DNA from: Azolla caroliniana
Taxonomy: Eukaryota > Plantae > Polypodiophyta
NCBI GenBank assembly: GCA_043228905.1
Contig: JBHGNT010000002.1
Coordinates: 10,602,001 to 10,666,000, forward strand
Direction: 5' to 3'
Length of the DNA: 64,000 nucleotides
The position numbers and the translations under genes were made by a program. Below, one piece after another: positions 27,875 through 39,599 of this stretch. The notes beneath the pieces were generated by a model that was not told where the DNA came from, made no database searches, and saw only the letters and a program-made list of their open reading frames with translations. Every line of letters begins with the position of its first letter. Position 1 is the first letter of the stretch.

Positions 27875-30351
27875 CCGGTTTACGCACCGATGCGGCCAAT
27901 GTTGGGCTTGTATCTCTACACTCCCCCTCAAGCTCAACTTGAGGCTCTTCCAGTCCTTAGCTCCGGTTTCTCTTGACTTCACGCCTTGCTCGCGCTCCTC
28001 GACCCGTTTGATTCCGCGCGCCTCGATCCTTACTGTCGGCTTGTCTATTCATGTGGCCTTTTCCAGCTCCCTTACTGTCACGGTGTTGGCGCCTCTTTTG
28101 TTGCCCTTTCTTTCGTTTGGTCTTCAGTTGATTCGGCGTCTCTGAATCAAACATTCGAGCCGAATCGGCTGCCTCTGATTCGTCTCCACTTTTGTCCGAA
28201 TTGGTTGTCTCCAATTCGTCCTCAATCTTGGCCTTCTCGCCCTTGTTGGCTTCATTTCTCACATGTTTGGCTGGCTCTGGCTCTTTCTTTCGGCTATTGC
28301 CCTCTCATCTGCTTCCATACTCTTTCGTGGATCCGCCTTCGGCTTCTTTAACCGACATCAAATCGAATTTGTCATCCGATTTGATGTCGCGGTCACTTCC
28401 GCTCCTTTCCTGCTCCTTTCCGTCGTCTTGCGGGACTTTTCTCCCCCTCAAGTTCAACACGTCAAGGTGCCGCAACCCAAGCGCACCCGAGAATTTCCGC
28501 AACTTGCCCAGACCAAGGGGCTTAGAGAAAATGTCGGCGGCCTGGCGATCCGTCGAAACATACTGAAGTTCAACTTCACCAAAGAGGACACGCTCACGGA
28601 CAAAGTGGTAGTGCACCTCAATGTGCTTAGTCTAGGCGTGGAGGATGGGGTTCTTCGCAAGTTGGATGTCGCTGAGGTTGTCGCAGTAGATCATCGTCGG
28701 ATTAGACACCTCCACCTGCAAATGCTTAAGTAGCCGCTTTAACCATATGGCTTCGGATGTTACGACAACTGCTTCTCGATACTCAGCCTTTGTGCTCGAC
28801 AGTGCAACAGTCAGCTGCTTCTTGCTACTCCATGCGATCGCGGAGCTCCCAAGGGAGAACGCAAATCCGGATGTGGATCGGCGATCGCCATTGTTTCCGG
28901 CCCAGTGGCATATGTATAGCCGACTAGTCGTGTGGCAGTACGGATTTGATATAGTAGTCCCCGGTCCTTAGTGTCATTGACGTACCTGAGTACGTGTTGC
29001 GCGCACTGAAGATGCTACTCGGTTGGCCGCGACATGAACTGACTAATCAAGCCGACCGGGTAACTAAGGTCCGGTCGGGTGATAGTCAAGTAAATGAGGC
29101 TTCCGAAAATTATCGGAACCTTTTCGGGTCACAGACCTTGCCGGAGTCGGGGCGAAGTTTCACGGTTGTGTTAGGAGGAGTTGAGATGAACTTACAGTCT
29201 GCCATCCCGATCTTGAAGAGCATACTCACCACATAATGGCGTTGGCTGATCAGTATGCCTTCGGGGGTTCGGATCACTTCAATCCCGAGAAAGTAATGAA
29301 GGTCCCCTAGGTCCTTCATATCAAATGATGTCGCAAGCTGGAGCTTTATGCGGTCAATTTCATCTAGGTCGACGCCGGCGATGACCAAGTCATCAAGATA
29401 AAGTAAAAGACTAACCGGCCCAAGTTGACCTTGCCGGACGAACAATGAAGAGTTCGATTTGGACATCGTAAATCACATCTAACGCAATCACTGCGTGATC
29501 TTCGCGTTCCAGGCACGCGGGGCTTGCTTTAGTCCGTAAAGGGACTTCTTCAACCGGCATACCGCCGAAGTGTTCATTCTGGAGTGAAATCTGGGGGGTT
29601 GTACCATGTACACTTGTTCCATCTGATGTAAGTGCCACCCCTTCGCTGCAGCCACCGCAAGCAAAACACGGACGATCGTCATCTTCGGGACCGACACAAA
29701 TGTCTCATCGTAAATCGATGCCGTATTGTTGCGCATAGCCTTTTGCCACTAACCGGGCCTTGTATCGGTTGACCGAGCCGTCGGTGTTGTACTTGACCTT
29801 GTACACCCACCTGCATCCAATCGGCTTTACACCCTTGGGGGTGTCAACGAAGTCCTAGGTTTCATTCTCCGCAAGTGCATTCATTTCTTCCTCCATGGCG
29901 GTTGATCAATTCGCGTCCTTTGCCGCATCTGCGTACCTGTCTGGCTCACGCACCTCCACTATGCGTGTCATGTATGCATAGTGATGCGCCATTTACTCGT
30001 TGTATCCGAACCGCACAATAGGGTTCTTCTAGCGGGTAGATCGGCGTAATTGCGCATTAGCCGATGTTGAGGTCATTCTGGCAGACGTGGGCTTCGTTCT
30101 TGAAGGCCCATCATCGCTCTTCTCGGAGTCGGATTTGCGTCGATCCGACTCGTCCCTATCCGTGCTGTACTCTAGCATCTTCTTCTTTCCCTTTTCTTTA
30201 CGCATAAGTCGTCTCTTCGGCTTCCTACGCAAGGAATTCATGGCCGAGTTTCCACTACTCGCCGGTTCTTCATCCGACTGGTCATCGCGACTCAGCCACT
30301 CATTCGGCCCACTTAGCCGGAATGAGATCGGACTCTCTTCTAGAATGCCGT

Positions 30352-31038
30352 TGTCATGGAGAAAACCGTCCCTAGGCAGAAACCACGTATAACGTGCGTA
30401 AACCGGCCCTTACACATGGGCACAAGTTTTGTTGTATAGTACGTAGATAGGTACAAGTCGGCTGAGGTGAAATCCTAGGTAGCACGCATTCAGTAGGGAG
30501 AAAATCGAGGTGTATCCCTGTCTGAAAGGACAGGGAATAAACATGATGTAATGGGTGGTAACGACCTCCCTCCTTGGGCTATAAAAGAGAGGGAGAGGTA
30601 GTCACCAAATATATCGCGTTTGTGGAGGACGAAGTGTTGCCGGATTGGAACCGAGCACTTCTCCTCTCCTCTGTCATCTCCATAATCGTTTTGTGTAGGT
30701 TTCGGGAGGTTGACTCTGCTCCGCAGGAAGCCTGAGTGCTCCCGACAGAGCCTCCATCTCACGTTCTGTGTGTGTGTGCGTGCGCGCGCACGCGCAGGCG
30801 TCGGAGCCCATCACTCGCCGGTTTGCCGATTGTAACACCTTGATTTATATATACATAAACATCCGTTCTGTCTCCATCTCGCGTTCTGTAGCGCGTTGCA
30901 ATTCCTGTGATTCTGCGGGTTTGTGCGCGTGTGAATTACATTGTTAGTTTCCTTCCCCTCCCCTCATTCGCTAATTTCTCGGTCCGAGGCCCCGGTGGTC
31001 CCACCTCGTTCTCCACGCACGTGCGTAAAAACGTGACA
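30352..31038 (+). mobile_element. Solo Gypsy LTR, 4-bp TSD CCGT
   Basis: TGTCATG...CGTGACA termini; CCGT at 30348-30351 and 31039-31042; reverse-complement homologue of LTR 49811-55648. Confidence 0.9.
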
Positions 31039-31717
31039 CCGTCTTCACATTCATCAAGAGGCATCTCAGCCTTGTTGACCTCATCTTTAGAACTCAGATT
31101 GGAGTTGAGGTCCAGAGTCGGAGGCAAATACCAAAATGCTGACTCATCGAACACAACATCGCAACTTACGTGAGCTTGTTTGGTTTGGGGGTTATAACAC
31201 TTATAACCCTTCTGTTTGTTCGAGTAGCTGACCAAGTGTTAACCGTAGGAGTTTTACGGGGCGATATAAGGGTAAAACACGTTAAAGGGGTTGTTTGGTA
31301 TGTGTAATGTATATGAGTGTGAGGATGAGTATGTGTGAGCACATGCACAATTATGTGCATGTGACAGGAATGTAACGGTCTCTTTTTGTAACAGACATAT
31401 TATTTACCGTTAATTATGTATTATATAAAACCCTTATGGGGCATGTAATGAGATATAGTTTTTCCCCCTCTCATTTGGCATCATTTCCTATTTTTCTTTC
31501 TCTCTTGCTCTCTCTCTAACTTAACCCCCTTGGGAGGGGGGTGAAGCCATTCTAGGTTTCACCCCCCACCCCAACAACACTTTTGGCACGCCCAAATGGA
31601 CGACCCTCCTTTGAGAGGAAGTCACTCCCTCCCTCACCGCGTCTCTGCGTTTCTGAATATGTGTGTGTGTCTCTCTCTCCATCTGCCTTGTTCTACTATT
31701 TCTTGGTATTTGCAGTC

Positions 31718-31823
31718 ATGGGGAAGGAGAAGATACATATAAGAGATGTTGCTTTTGGCCATGGGTGATGTGGGAAAGTCCACAACTGGCCATGGTAACA
31801 GTGACAAGCGTGTGATTGAGAGG
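31718..31823 (+). pseudogene. EF1A: Captured fragment of translation elongation factor 1-alpha (N-terminus)
   Basis: MGKEKIHI....GH.D.GKSTT.GH...DKRVIER versus canonical [41 protein letters not shown]. Preceded by a splice-acceptor-like TTTGCAG. Frameshifted and partly deleted. Confidence 0.8.
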
Positions 31824-32684
31824 AACTATCTCTCTCTGGGTGAAAGCATGAGAGTGGAAACAATTAGCTATGTCCTTGACATAGCTAATTAGCTAGGCAA
31901 AAAGCTACCATTGATAAATAGTCATTTTAGCAAAAAGCCATCATTAATAAATTAACTATGCAAAAAACTACCATTGAAAATACTAGAGTGTTTTAATTAC
32001 ATATGTAAATGAGCACCATAAATATACAACATAAATTGATATGTGCACCATAAATGTGTACCATAAATTATATATCGAATTCCTAGGTCCATTATGCATG
32101 ATCCTTTGCCACATCACGTAGGCCATCTCTAGTTGAGTATTGTGGGTTAGTTGCTACCACTGTTGCTAAACCATATCGAGTCCACCTACCGCCACTCTAC
32201 ACTCAGTGGGACGCTACTGTGAAGGTCGTGTATTGTTGCCACTTTTCGACCCGACAACGTTAACAACTCCACTGCCGCCATTCTACTCTCAATTGCCTTC
32301 TCTGTGCGTTCCAAGCATCATCGGTAATTGTTCAATCTGACGGGGTTCTCTCCTCCATTTCCATCATTCTACACTCAGTTGCCGCTACTTTCCAGTCCTG
32401 GATTGCTTCCACATTTCGATTTGACGGAGTTCACTCATCCAACGGCAACATTCTACACTCAGTTGTCGCTATTGGTCGGTCCTGGATCGCCTCCTCAACT
32501 GTTTGATCCAATGGAGTGAACTCCTCAATTGTTCAGTCTTGGATTGCAATAACTTTTCTGTCTATTGATTATCTTGTGTATTGTTGTGTCTAACCTTGTG
32601 TATTGTGGAATATTTTTGTGTATTGTTGTTGCCCATAGCCATCTTAAATACTTGTTTTTTTTTCTGGAAATTTAGGGTTTTAAT

Positions 32685-34885
32685 ATGTCCAGCCAAATGG
32701 AAGGGGAAGAAGGGTGTTTAGAATTACCCCTCAATGATCATAAGGATAGGGATGATGCTATCAAGACACAACAAGCCATACGAAACTATTGGGCAGAAAA
32801 AAAAAGGAAACATCATCAATTGTTGAAGGATGCGAAAGCCACACTTAGTAAAGGTAAAGATAGTTTAGCTGAGAATGTAAGTAATGCGACTACCATCATA
32901 GAGAGAAAGTTGTAGACTATTTCAATGTTCAAACCAAGCACATCAGCAATGAAGAAAAGAAGGTAGTACTTTATGGAATATTAAATGATCCATCAATAAA
33001 GGACTTAGTTGATTGTGATGGTCTTAATGCAAACATATCATCTATTTTAGTAAATAATCTTCGTAATAGTTTCGAATCCATGAGCAGGTCAGAAGATGAT
33101 ATTGTCTTAAAAAGGTCTAGTCTAATGATGTTACTTAATAGTGATGTTGACGATATAAACATCAATGAGCTATCTAAGGTAATTGGTGTTAGTAGAAAAA
33201 TAGTGTACAATACATTGAACCGTATAATTTCCTCGGGTGAAGGAACTAGTCTACTAAAGCTAACTACAAGATGTAAGCTAATGACACCCATAACATCAGA
33301 AATCAAGGATGTAATCACAATGTTTTGGACTAATGAGAGTAGGGTTTCACCCAATAAAAAGGATTTATGCAGGAAATGTGTTGGAAGAAATCAATACGAG
33401 GAGCATCCCATTCATCTTCTTGATGTACCTCAGGTATTTACATTTATCTCAACATTTGTTTTGACTGTACACGGAAAGTTAATTAGCTTATCAGTTACAT
33501 TTACCTTAGTTAGCTACTAGGATAGCTACTACATAAGTAACTGGCTACTCTCAATAGCTACTACCATGATAGCTAATTAGCTATTCTCAATAGCTAATTT
33601 AGTTACTACCACATAATTAGCTACCAAAATAGCTAACTAGCTACCATGATAGCTAATTAGCTATTCTCAATAGCTAATTTAGTTATTACCAGATAATTAG
33701 CTACCAGAATAACTAATTAGCTATTAGAATAGGGTTTTAGCTACCATGATAGCTAAATAACTACTAGAATAGCTAATTAGCTAATTAGCTATTAGAATAG
33801 GTAATTAGCTACCATGATAGCTAATTAGCTATTCTAGTAGCTAATTAGCTATTCTAGTAGCTAATTAGCTACTAGGATAGCTAATTAGATATCATGGTAG
33901 CTAATTAGCTGTCCTAGTAGCTAAATAGCTATCATGGTAGCTAGTTAGCTATTCTAGTAGCTAACTAGCTACCATGATAGCTAATTAGCTATTCTAGTAG
34001 CTAATTACCTATTCTAGTAGCTAATTAGCTATCATGGTAGCTAATTAGTTGTCCTAGTAGCTAATTAGCTATCATGGTAGCTAATTAGCTGTTCTAGTAG
34101 CTAATTAGCTATCATGGTAGCTAATTAGCTATTCTAGGAGCTAATTAGCTATTCTAGTAGATAATTAGCTATCATGGTAGCTAATTAGCTACCATGATAG
34201 CTAATTAACTACTAGGACAGCTAATTAACTACCATGATAGCTAATTACCTACTAGAATAACTAATTAGCTACTAGAATAGCTAACTAGCTACTAGAATAG
34301 CTAACTAGCTACTAGAATAGCTAATTAGCTACTAGGATAGTTAGCTAGTTACGAGAATAACTAATTCCCCTTTATTACGCAGGTCGATTTATTTATTAGG
34401 TTCAAACGAATGCATCCAAATATCAAAGTTCAATTACGAACATTCGAGTCTCTTAAGCCACACTTTGTGAGACGCTTAAAGGATCGATACACATGTTGTT
34501 GCATTTACCATGTACAGATGGGTTTTCTGAAGGACTTTGTTAATCTACTACGTCACCATAGTGCATCCCTAACTAATACAGTTTGCACATGTGGGTGCCC
34601 AATCTGTCGATCAAGCCCGCAAGAGGAGTATAAATCATCTAAGCACGTTATATCTTCCATGAGTTATTTATTAGATTCAATATTGTGTCCGAGAGAAACT
34701 GACGCTATCTTCCATAGTCATAAATGTGTCATGGGTTTATGTCAAGATCGTGGCCCTACTAGATTTAGGTGGTGTCCAAATGAATTGAGTAGTGAAATAT
34801 TGATCTCTGTGAAGTTATTTGAGTCAGTGAACACCAATTTCAAAGGAAAGGTGTGTAAAAGAAAGGATCTAGTTCGGAAGATGCG
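32685..34885 (+). pseudogene. Spliced Cys-rich transposase-like gene (tentatively Sola2-like), 3'-truncated by a Gypsy fragment
   Basis: GT-AG intron 33434-34382 joins ORFs 33080 and 34410 in frame (..LDVPQ|VDLFIRF..). Motif F..LKP..V.....TCCC..H followed by C.C..C and C..G.C clusters. Family assignment is from memory of motifs only. Confidence 0.55.
33480..34366. repeat. Palindromic ~20-bp minisatellite (TAGCTAATTAGCTA core) inside the intron
   Basis: About 40 units of a self-complementary core plus short linkers (TTCTAG/CTAGAA, CCATGA/TCATGG). Confidence 0.95.
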
Positions 34886-34894
34886 TTTACCGAG

Positions 34895-36312
34895 AGCCAC
34901 TACATGAAGCCGCATTGGACGAGGGAGACAATGGAGACTCCGGTTCGGATCGGGGATGTGAAGGAACCGGTGGTGGCATTGATCGACCATGGGTTGGAAA
35001 TTAAACTAATGTCCATGGACTTTTATAAGAAGGGAAAATGGCCGATCAACACCAAGCACGGGTGGAAGATATGCGCGGCTACGCGAGCCATGAAGGACCT
35101 GCATGGAGCATGCCCAAATGTTCGTGTAAGGGTCAGCGACATCGAGATAGACTAGCACTTCTTTGTGCAAGAAACATCCTCCCATCGGGTCATCCTCAAT
35201 GAACCCTATATAACAACGGCTCGAATGGAGACCAAGGTGTTGGACAATGGCTCAGCATACACGAGGTTGAAGAGCTAGGACAAATGGCACTTCGTCCAAT
35301 TTCTCACGGTTCACCCAAACCATGAGCATAATTGGGATCTCTCCGTAGTGATGACCGAGAGGATTTTTGAAGAGGGCTATTAAGGTGTGGGAGCGCGATA
35401 GTCCGGACAATCGGAAAAAACCCCACACCTGTACCATAGGTAGGAAAATTTTGTTCTCTGACAACAAAGGTTGTACTATAGCCGGCATTGGTGGCCGAGA
35501 CAAGAAGCGAGTCAAAGGGCGCTTGAAGGCGTGTGGAGCCTTGGGGCCCGATGAGGATATTGGCGACGCCGTGGAGGTGGTGTCATTCGATGACACCGTC
35601 AAGGAGATCGAGAGGGTAGTCGACGAGGATCTGAGCGAAGACCGGGTCATACCGATCAACTCAGTTGAGATGTATGAAGTCATTGTGGACTTCAAGAGGA
35701 AGATCGGGGTGAACCGGACCGCCCATGTGGACACAAAGTACAAGACTGTGGGCCGGAAGGTGAGGCTAGTCACGGCTCCCTTGCCAGAGGATAGTTAGGA
35801 GCGAATGAAAGGGATTGCTACCAACCCAAGTTTACGAGATCCGGCTTGCATAGGACACTGGTTCACCCACAAGCCTCTACGAGAGCTGAAGATCGATGGG
35901 GGTGGCTTCCTATTGCCAGTGGAAGAGGATTGGTTTCGGAGAATGCTCGAGAGGCACCGGAAAGCCTTCGCGTTCTTACAAGGGGAGATCGGGTACGTCG
36001 ACCCGACTATTGTAGAACCAATGGTGATCTTCACGGTACCGCATGTGTCGTGGAGTCTCAAGCCGATTCTAGTACCAAGGGCTCACATCCCGAAATTGAT
36101 GGAGCTACTTAATGAGAAAGTGGAAAAGGGTATCCTCGAACCGTCAAGCGTTCCTTATTCAAATCGGTGGTTTACGGTGCCAAAGAAGAATGGCTCACTA
36201 CGCTTCATTTAAGACCTGCAACCAGTCAACAAAGTGACCATTCAAAATGCAGGAGTTGGACCAACAATTGACGAGTTTGTGGAGGCCTTCGCCAGAAGGT
36301 CCATATACGCGG
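34895..36312 (+). pseudogene. Gypsy protease-RT fragment (tRNA-Trp-primed family)
   Basis: ALIDHG(S)EI.LM protease; PYSNRWFTVPKKNGSLRFI.DLQPVN RT start. Cut by an LTR at 36313. Confidence 0.9.
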
Positions 36313-37562
36313 TGTCGTGAAATTACGACGAGGATACGTGAACTTGAGGCAGGACCCCGGGGCCTCCGACCGGAAGATATCAAATACGTATGTTTATATT
36401 AAACAATTAATGGAAAATGAGAAAGATTGACAAATTTCATGAATAAATAGAAAAGAAAAATTACAATCAATCCCAAGATTGGGATTACAAAAGTTTTATC
36501 TTAAGGAGATTACTAGAATAATAGATTAGAGGAAATAAGAGATTATGATTCTTGAGTGATATGGCTTTGATAAGGAATTTTGGATTTTGAGAGATATGGC
36601 TTCCGTAGGGAAGATTAGCGTTTTTGAGTGTTATGGCTTCCGTAGGGAAGATTAGGGTTTGAGTGTTATGGTTTCCATAGGGAATTTTGGGTTTATGCCA
36701 GTTATGGCTTCTCTCAGATAAGGGAGCTGAGAAGGAAAAGAAAAAAATATATATTATGGAGAGAGCCTATGGAGAGAGGATGAGAGTATAGGAAAAAAAA
36801 TGGAATTTTATATGGAGTTCTCCCTTGATCATCTGCATGTCCACTTTTTGTTGCATGGCCTCTACTTTTAGTTGCTTAGCTTTTTCTTTTAGTTGCATCT
36901 ATTTTTAGTTGCATGGCTTTTTCTTTTAGTTGCATGCGACCGTCCACATGACCTTTACTTTTTGCATGCACTCCAACTTTAGTTGCTTGCGTCCACATGG
37001 CCTTTACTTTAGTTTGTTGCATGATCCATTCTTCCGTCCGTCCACGTCCAACCTTGTCTGATAGCCGATTCCGCTCGATCGACGAATCCCTCGCCGGCCA
37101 GTTCCATTTTGCTTGCCGGCCGGTTCCAGTTTGCTTGCTGGTTCCGGTTCTGATTTTGCTTGCCGACCGGTTCCAGTTTGCTTGCCGATTGGTTTTGATT
37201 CCGGTTTGCTTGCCGGTTCCAATTTTGCTTACCGGCCGGTTTTCGGATTTTGGGAACTTTGCCACCATCATCCATCAAGACAAAGTGGCCAAAGTGCTCT
37301 TAGCACAAATGAAAAATGAGGGAGCTCAAGGTGCTTATATAGCTAGGGCCTTAAGTTTCCTATCTATGTGGGATAGTTCTAATTTCCCTATCTTCTCAAA
37401 CTTCATTTTCAGATAACTTGATATGTATTTCTCCATTTTGTATATAGTAAAATACGTTTTGAAGCTCTTGAGTAAATCCATCTTTCTATAGTAAGCTACT
37501 AATATAATCTATAATAATTATTTCATTATTTTTTTACATAGTGTGTGAAGATTCACACGACA
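36313..37562 (-). mobile_element. Gypsy 3' LTR with adjacent PPT
   Basis: TGTCGTG...CACGACA termini; PPT-like sequence (rc TTCGCCTCCACAAAA) at 37563-37577; homologous to 61119-62464. Confidence 0.85.
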
Positions 37563-37599
37563 TTCGCCTCCACAAAACATGTACAATGTGCATGAGAAC

Positions 37600-38155
37600 T
37601 AAAGTTAGCAAAACCGTGATGCTTGCATGTGATAAACTTAGACTCTTCCAACACTATATAAGGAAGAGAGAAAGATGTATAGGTGTTGTTGATTTTTATA
37701 AGGTTTGAATATTATAAAGTAATCGTGGGATTCACGATTTTGCCATCTATTTCTCTCTTACAATCTAAGTATCAATTAATACACTATACTCGTCGGATTC
37801 ACGAGTTTCATATCTTCTTCTTGCAATCTCTTCCTAAATAACATTTTCTCATATTCTTCTTTCTCCTAGTCCAAAACCCCAGCGGTTCCCACCCGAGTCA
37901 CGCAAACGATATGGCGCTGTAAGACACGACACAAGTGGTGAACCCGATGTGAAGTCGGGTGGCAAGGAGATGGAAAATCAAGGTGGGGCTAACAACATGA
38001 TGGTGATGTTTGAGCGGATGCAACAAGAACAACGTGCGATGTCGAAGATTGCGACGACTGTAGAGCGGCTCGTGCAACGGAACGGGCAATTCAATGGGAA
38101 AGATGTGTTCGGTATTTGCAAGATTACAAAGCGGAAATGCTACGGTGCGGAATTG
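37600..38155 (+). mobile_element. Gypsy LTR end + tRNA-Trp PBS + gag start
   Basis: LTR ends ...CACGACA at 37931; PBS TGGTGAACCCGATGTGAA 37936-37953; gag VERLVQRNGQFNGKDV. Confidence 0.8.
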
Positions 38156-39595
38156 ACGTGCTTCGTACACGTCCCTTTGATTCATCTCCCTTCTATATGC
38201 ATCAAGGAACTTTGTAATGTTCCATCCGTCAAATTGACCCTCGAGCTCAACGACACGGTCGATGGCCCTGTCCACGCTCGCATCGTTGTCTCGAGATCTC
38301 ATCATTTGTTGGACGATCAACATCATCCTTTCGAAGTCTCCCACTTGGTTGCTTGAGGATGCCATCTCCAAGTATCGGTTGATCCTCGATTTGATCCTTC
38401 TTGCTGCCTCTTTCACATCGGGTTCACCACTTAATTATGTCGTGAAGATCTGTCACTACTTGTGGATCGTGAGGCGGAACCGCCAGGGTTTTGGACTGGA
38501 AGGATTTGAAGTATGCACAAGCTTTAGCGAGAAAGGAATTAAGATAGATTGAAAGAGAGAGATTGAGATAAGATAGAACATTTGATTTTTGGATTGAGAG
38601 AGAGTTTTTGAGAGACAAGATATATCATCAATTGGATAACAAATTTATTATTTTTAATTTTAATTTTGATATCAAGTACAAAGCTTCTTTGATAAGAATT
38701 TTAGATTACAAAATCCCCTCTTTAATCTTTTTCATCCCCTCTTTTATAGATGCCCTCATGCATTTGAGGGTTCAAGACATGCATAAAATGCATGTTTGCC
38801 ATTTGGTGCTCATGTATTACATGTGGTGCATAATAACCACGTCACTCATTTTAGCTCTCATGTATGAGAATTTACATACAAAGTTACAATGATAAAAATA
38901 TTATTTTAAGAAAATGTCTTGGCTTAGTGGTAAGCTTATAGACTCTCAACTTGGAGGTGTAAGGTTCAAATCCACACTTATACTCCTTGTGTATATATAT
39001 ATGTGTATACATATATTTATTTATATATTTATCCGGTCGCCGGATGCCGGATGACGCCGGTTACCGTCGATCGCCGGTTGCCAGAATCCGATTATCGTTC
39101 TGTCGTCGGTTGTCGGATTCCCGTTACCGTTCTGTCACCGGATTCCGGTTCCGTCGTCGGTTACCATTCGGTCGCCGGAAGCCGGTTACCGTTCGGTCAC
39201 CGGGTCCCGGTTCCGTTGCCGGTCTAGTTTTGGTTGGGCAAAACCTTTGCAAGTAGTCATGTTACACCCATTCATCCAATAGCTTAGTTCAAGTCACCTT
39301 GAACTCTCTATGCTCCACACATAGACACAATATAATAGCTTTTGCTCTACCTTATATATGGTGAGATCCTTATTTCCTGTCTATGTGGGAGATACTCCCA
39401 CATAACTTGTCACTTAGATGTCCGTTTTTTATGTAGTAAAGTACATTTGAAAGCTCTTGAAGACCTCCATCTTTTTGTACTAGGATATTAAACATATTTT
39501 AATTATTATCTTTCCTATTATTGTTTTATATGAATCACACTCGATTTAATACGTTTTATTTTATTTTCACACCATTGCCGAAAATGTTCACGATA
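38156..39595 (-). mobile_element. Gypsy 5' LTR + tRNA-Trp PBS + gag start
   Basis: LTR 38438-39595; PBS (rc TTCACATCGGGTTCACCA) 38412-38429; gag RAIDRVVELEGQFDG.NITKFL. Confidence 0.85.
38913..38985 (+). ncRNA. Degenerate tRNA-like (A-box/B-box) cassette within an LTR
   Basis: TGGCTTAGTGGTA (A box) and GGTTCAAATCC (B box) at tRNA spacing; no intact cloverleaf. Confidence 0.55.
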
Positions 39596-39599
39596 GCGG

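Larger units (their letters stand above)
26762..31236 (-). mobile_element. 5'-truncated Copia (IN end, RT, RNase H, extension, PPT, 3' LTR) carrying two solo Gypsy LTRs
   Basis: LYLDDLVI, MKDLGDLHYFLG, KKSLYGLKQAPRAW, HYHFVRE. PPT (rc CTCCCCCTCAAG) at 27921-27932. 3' LTR about 26762-27920. Confidence 0.9.

Noticed and set aside
33480-34366. Repeat-spacer look resembling a CRISPR array
   Set aside because: Linkers are only ~6 bp and recurrent, there are no cas genes, and the context is a eukaryotic intron; it is a minisatellite.
38913-38985. Functional tRNA gene
   Set aside because: Acceptor and anticodon stems do not pair; reported only as tRNA-like.
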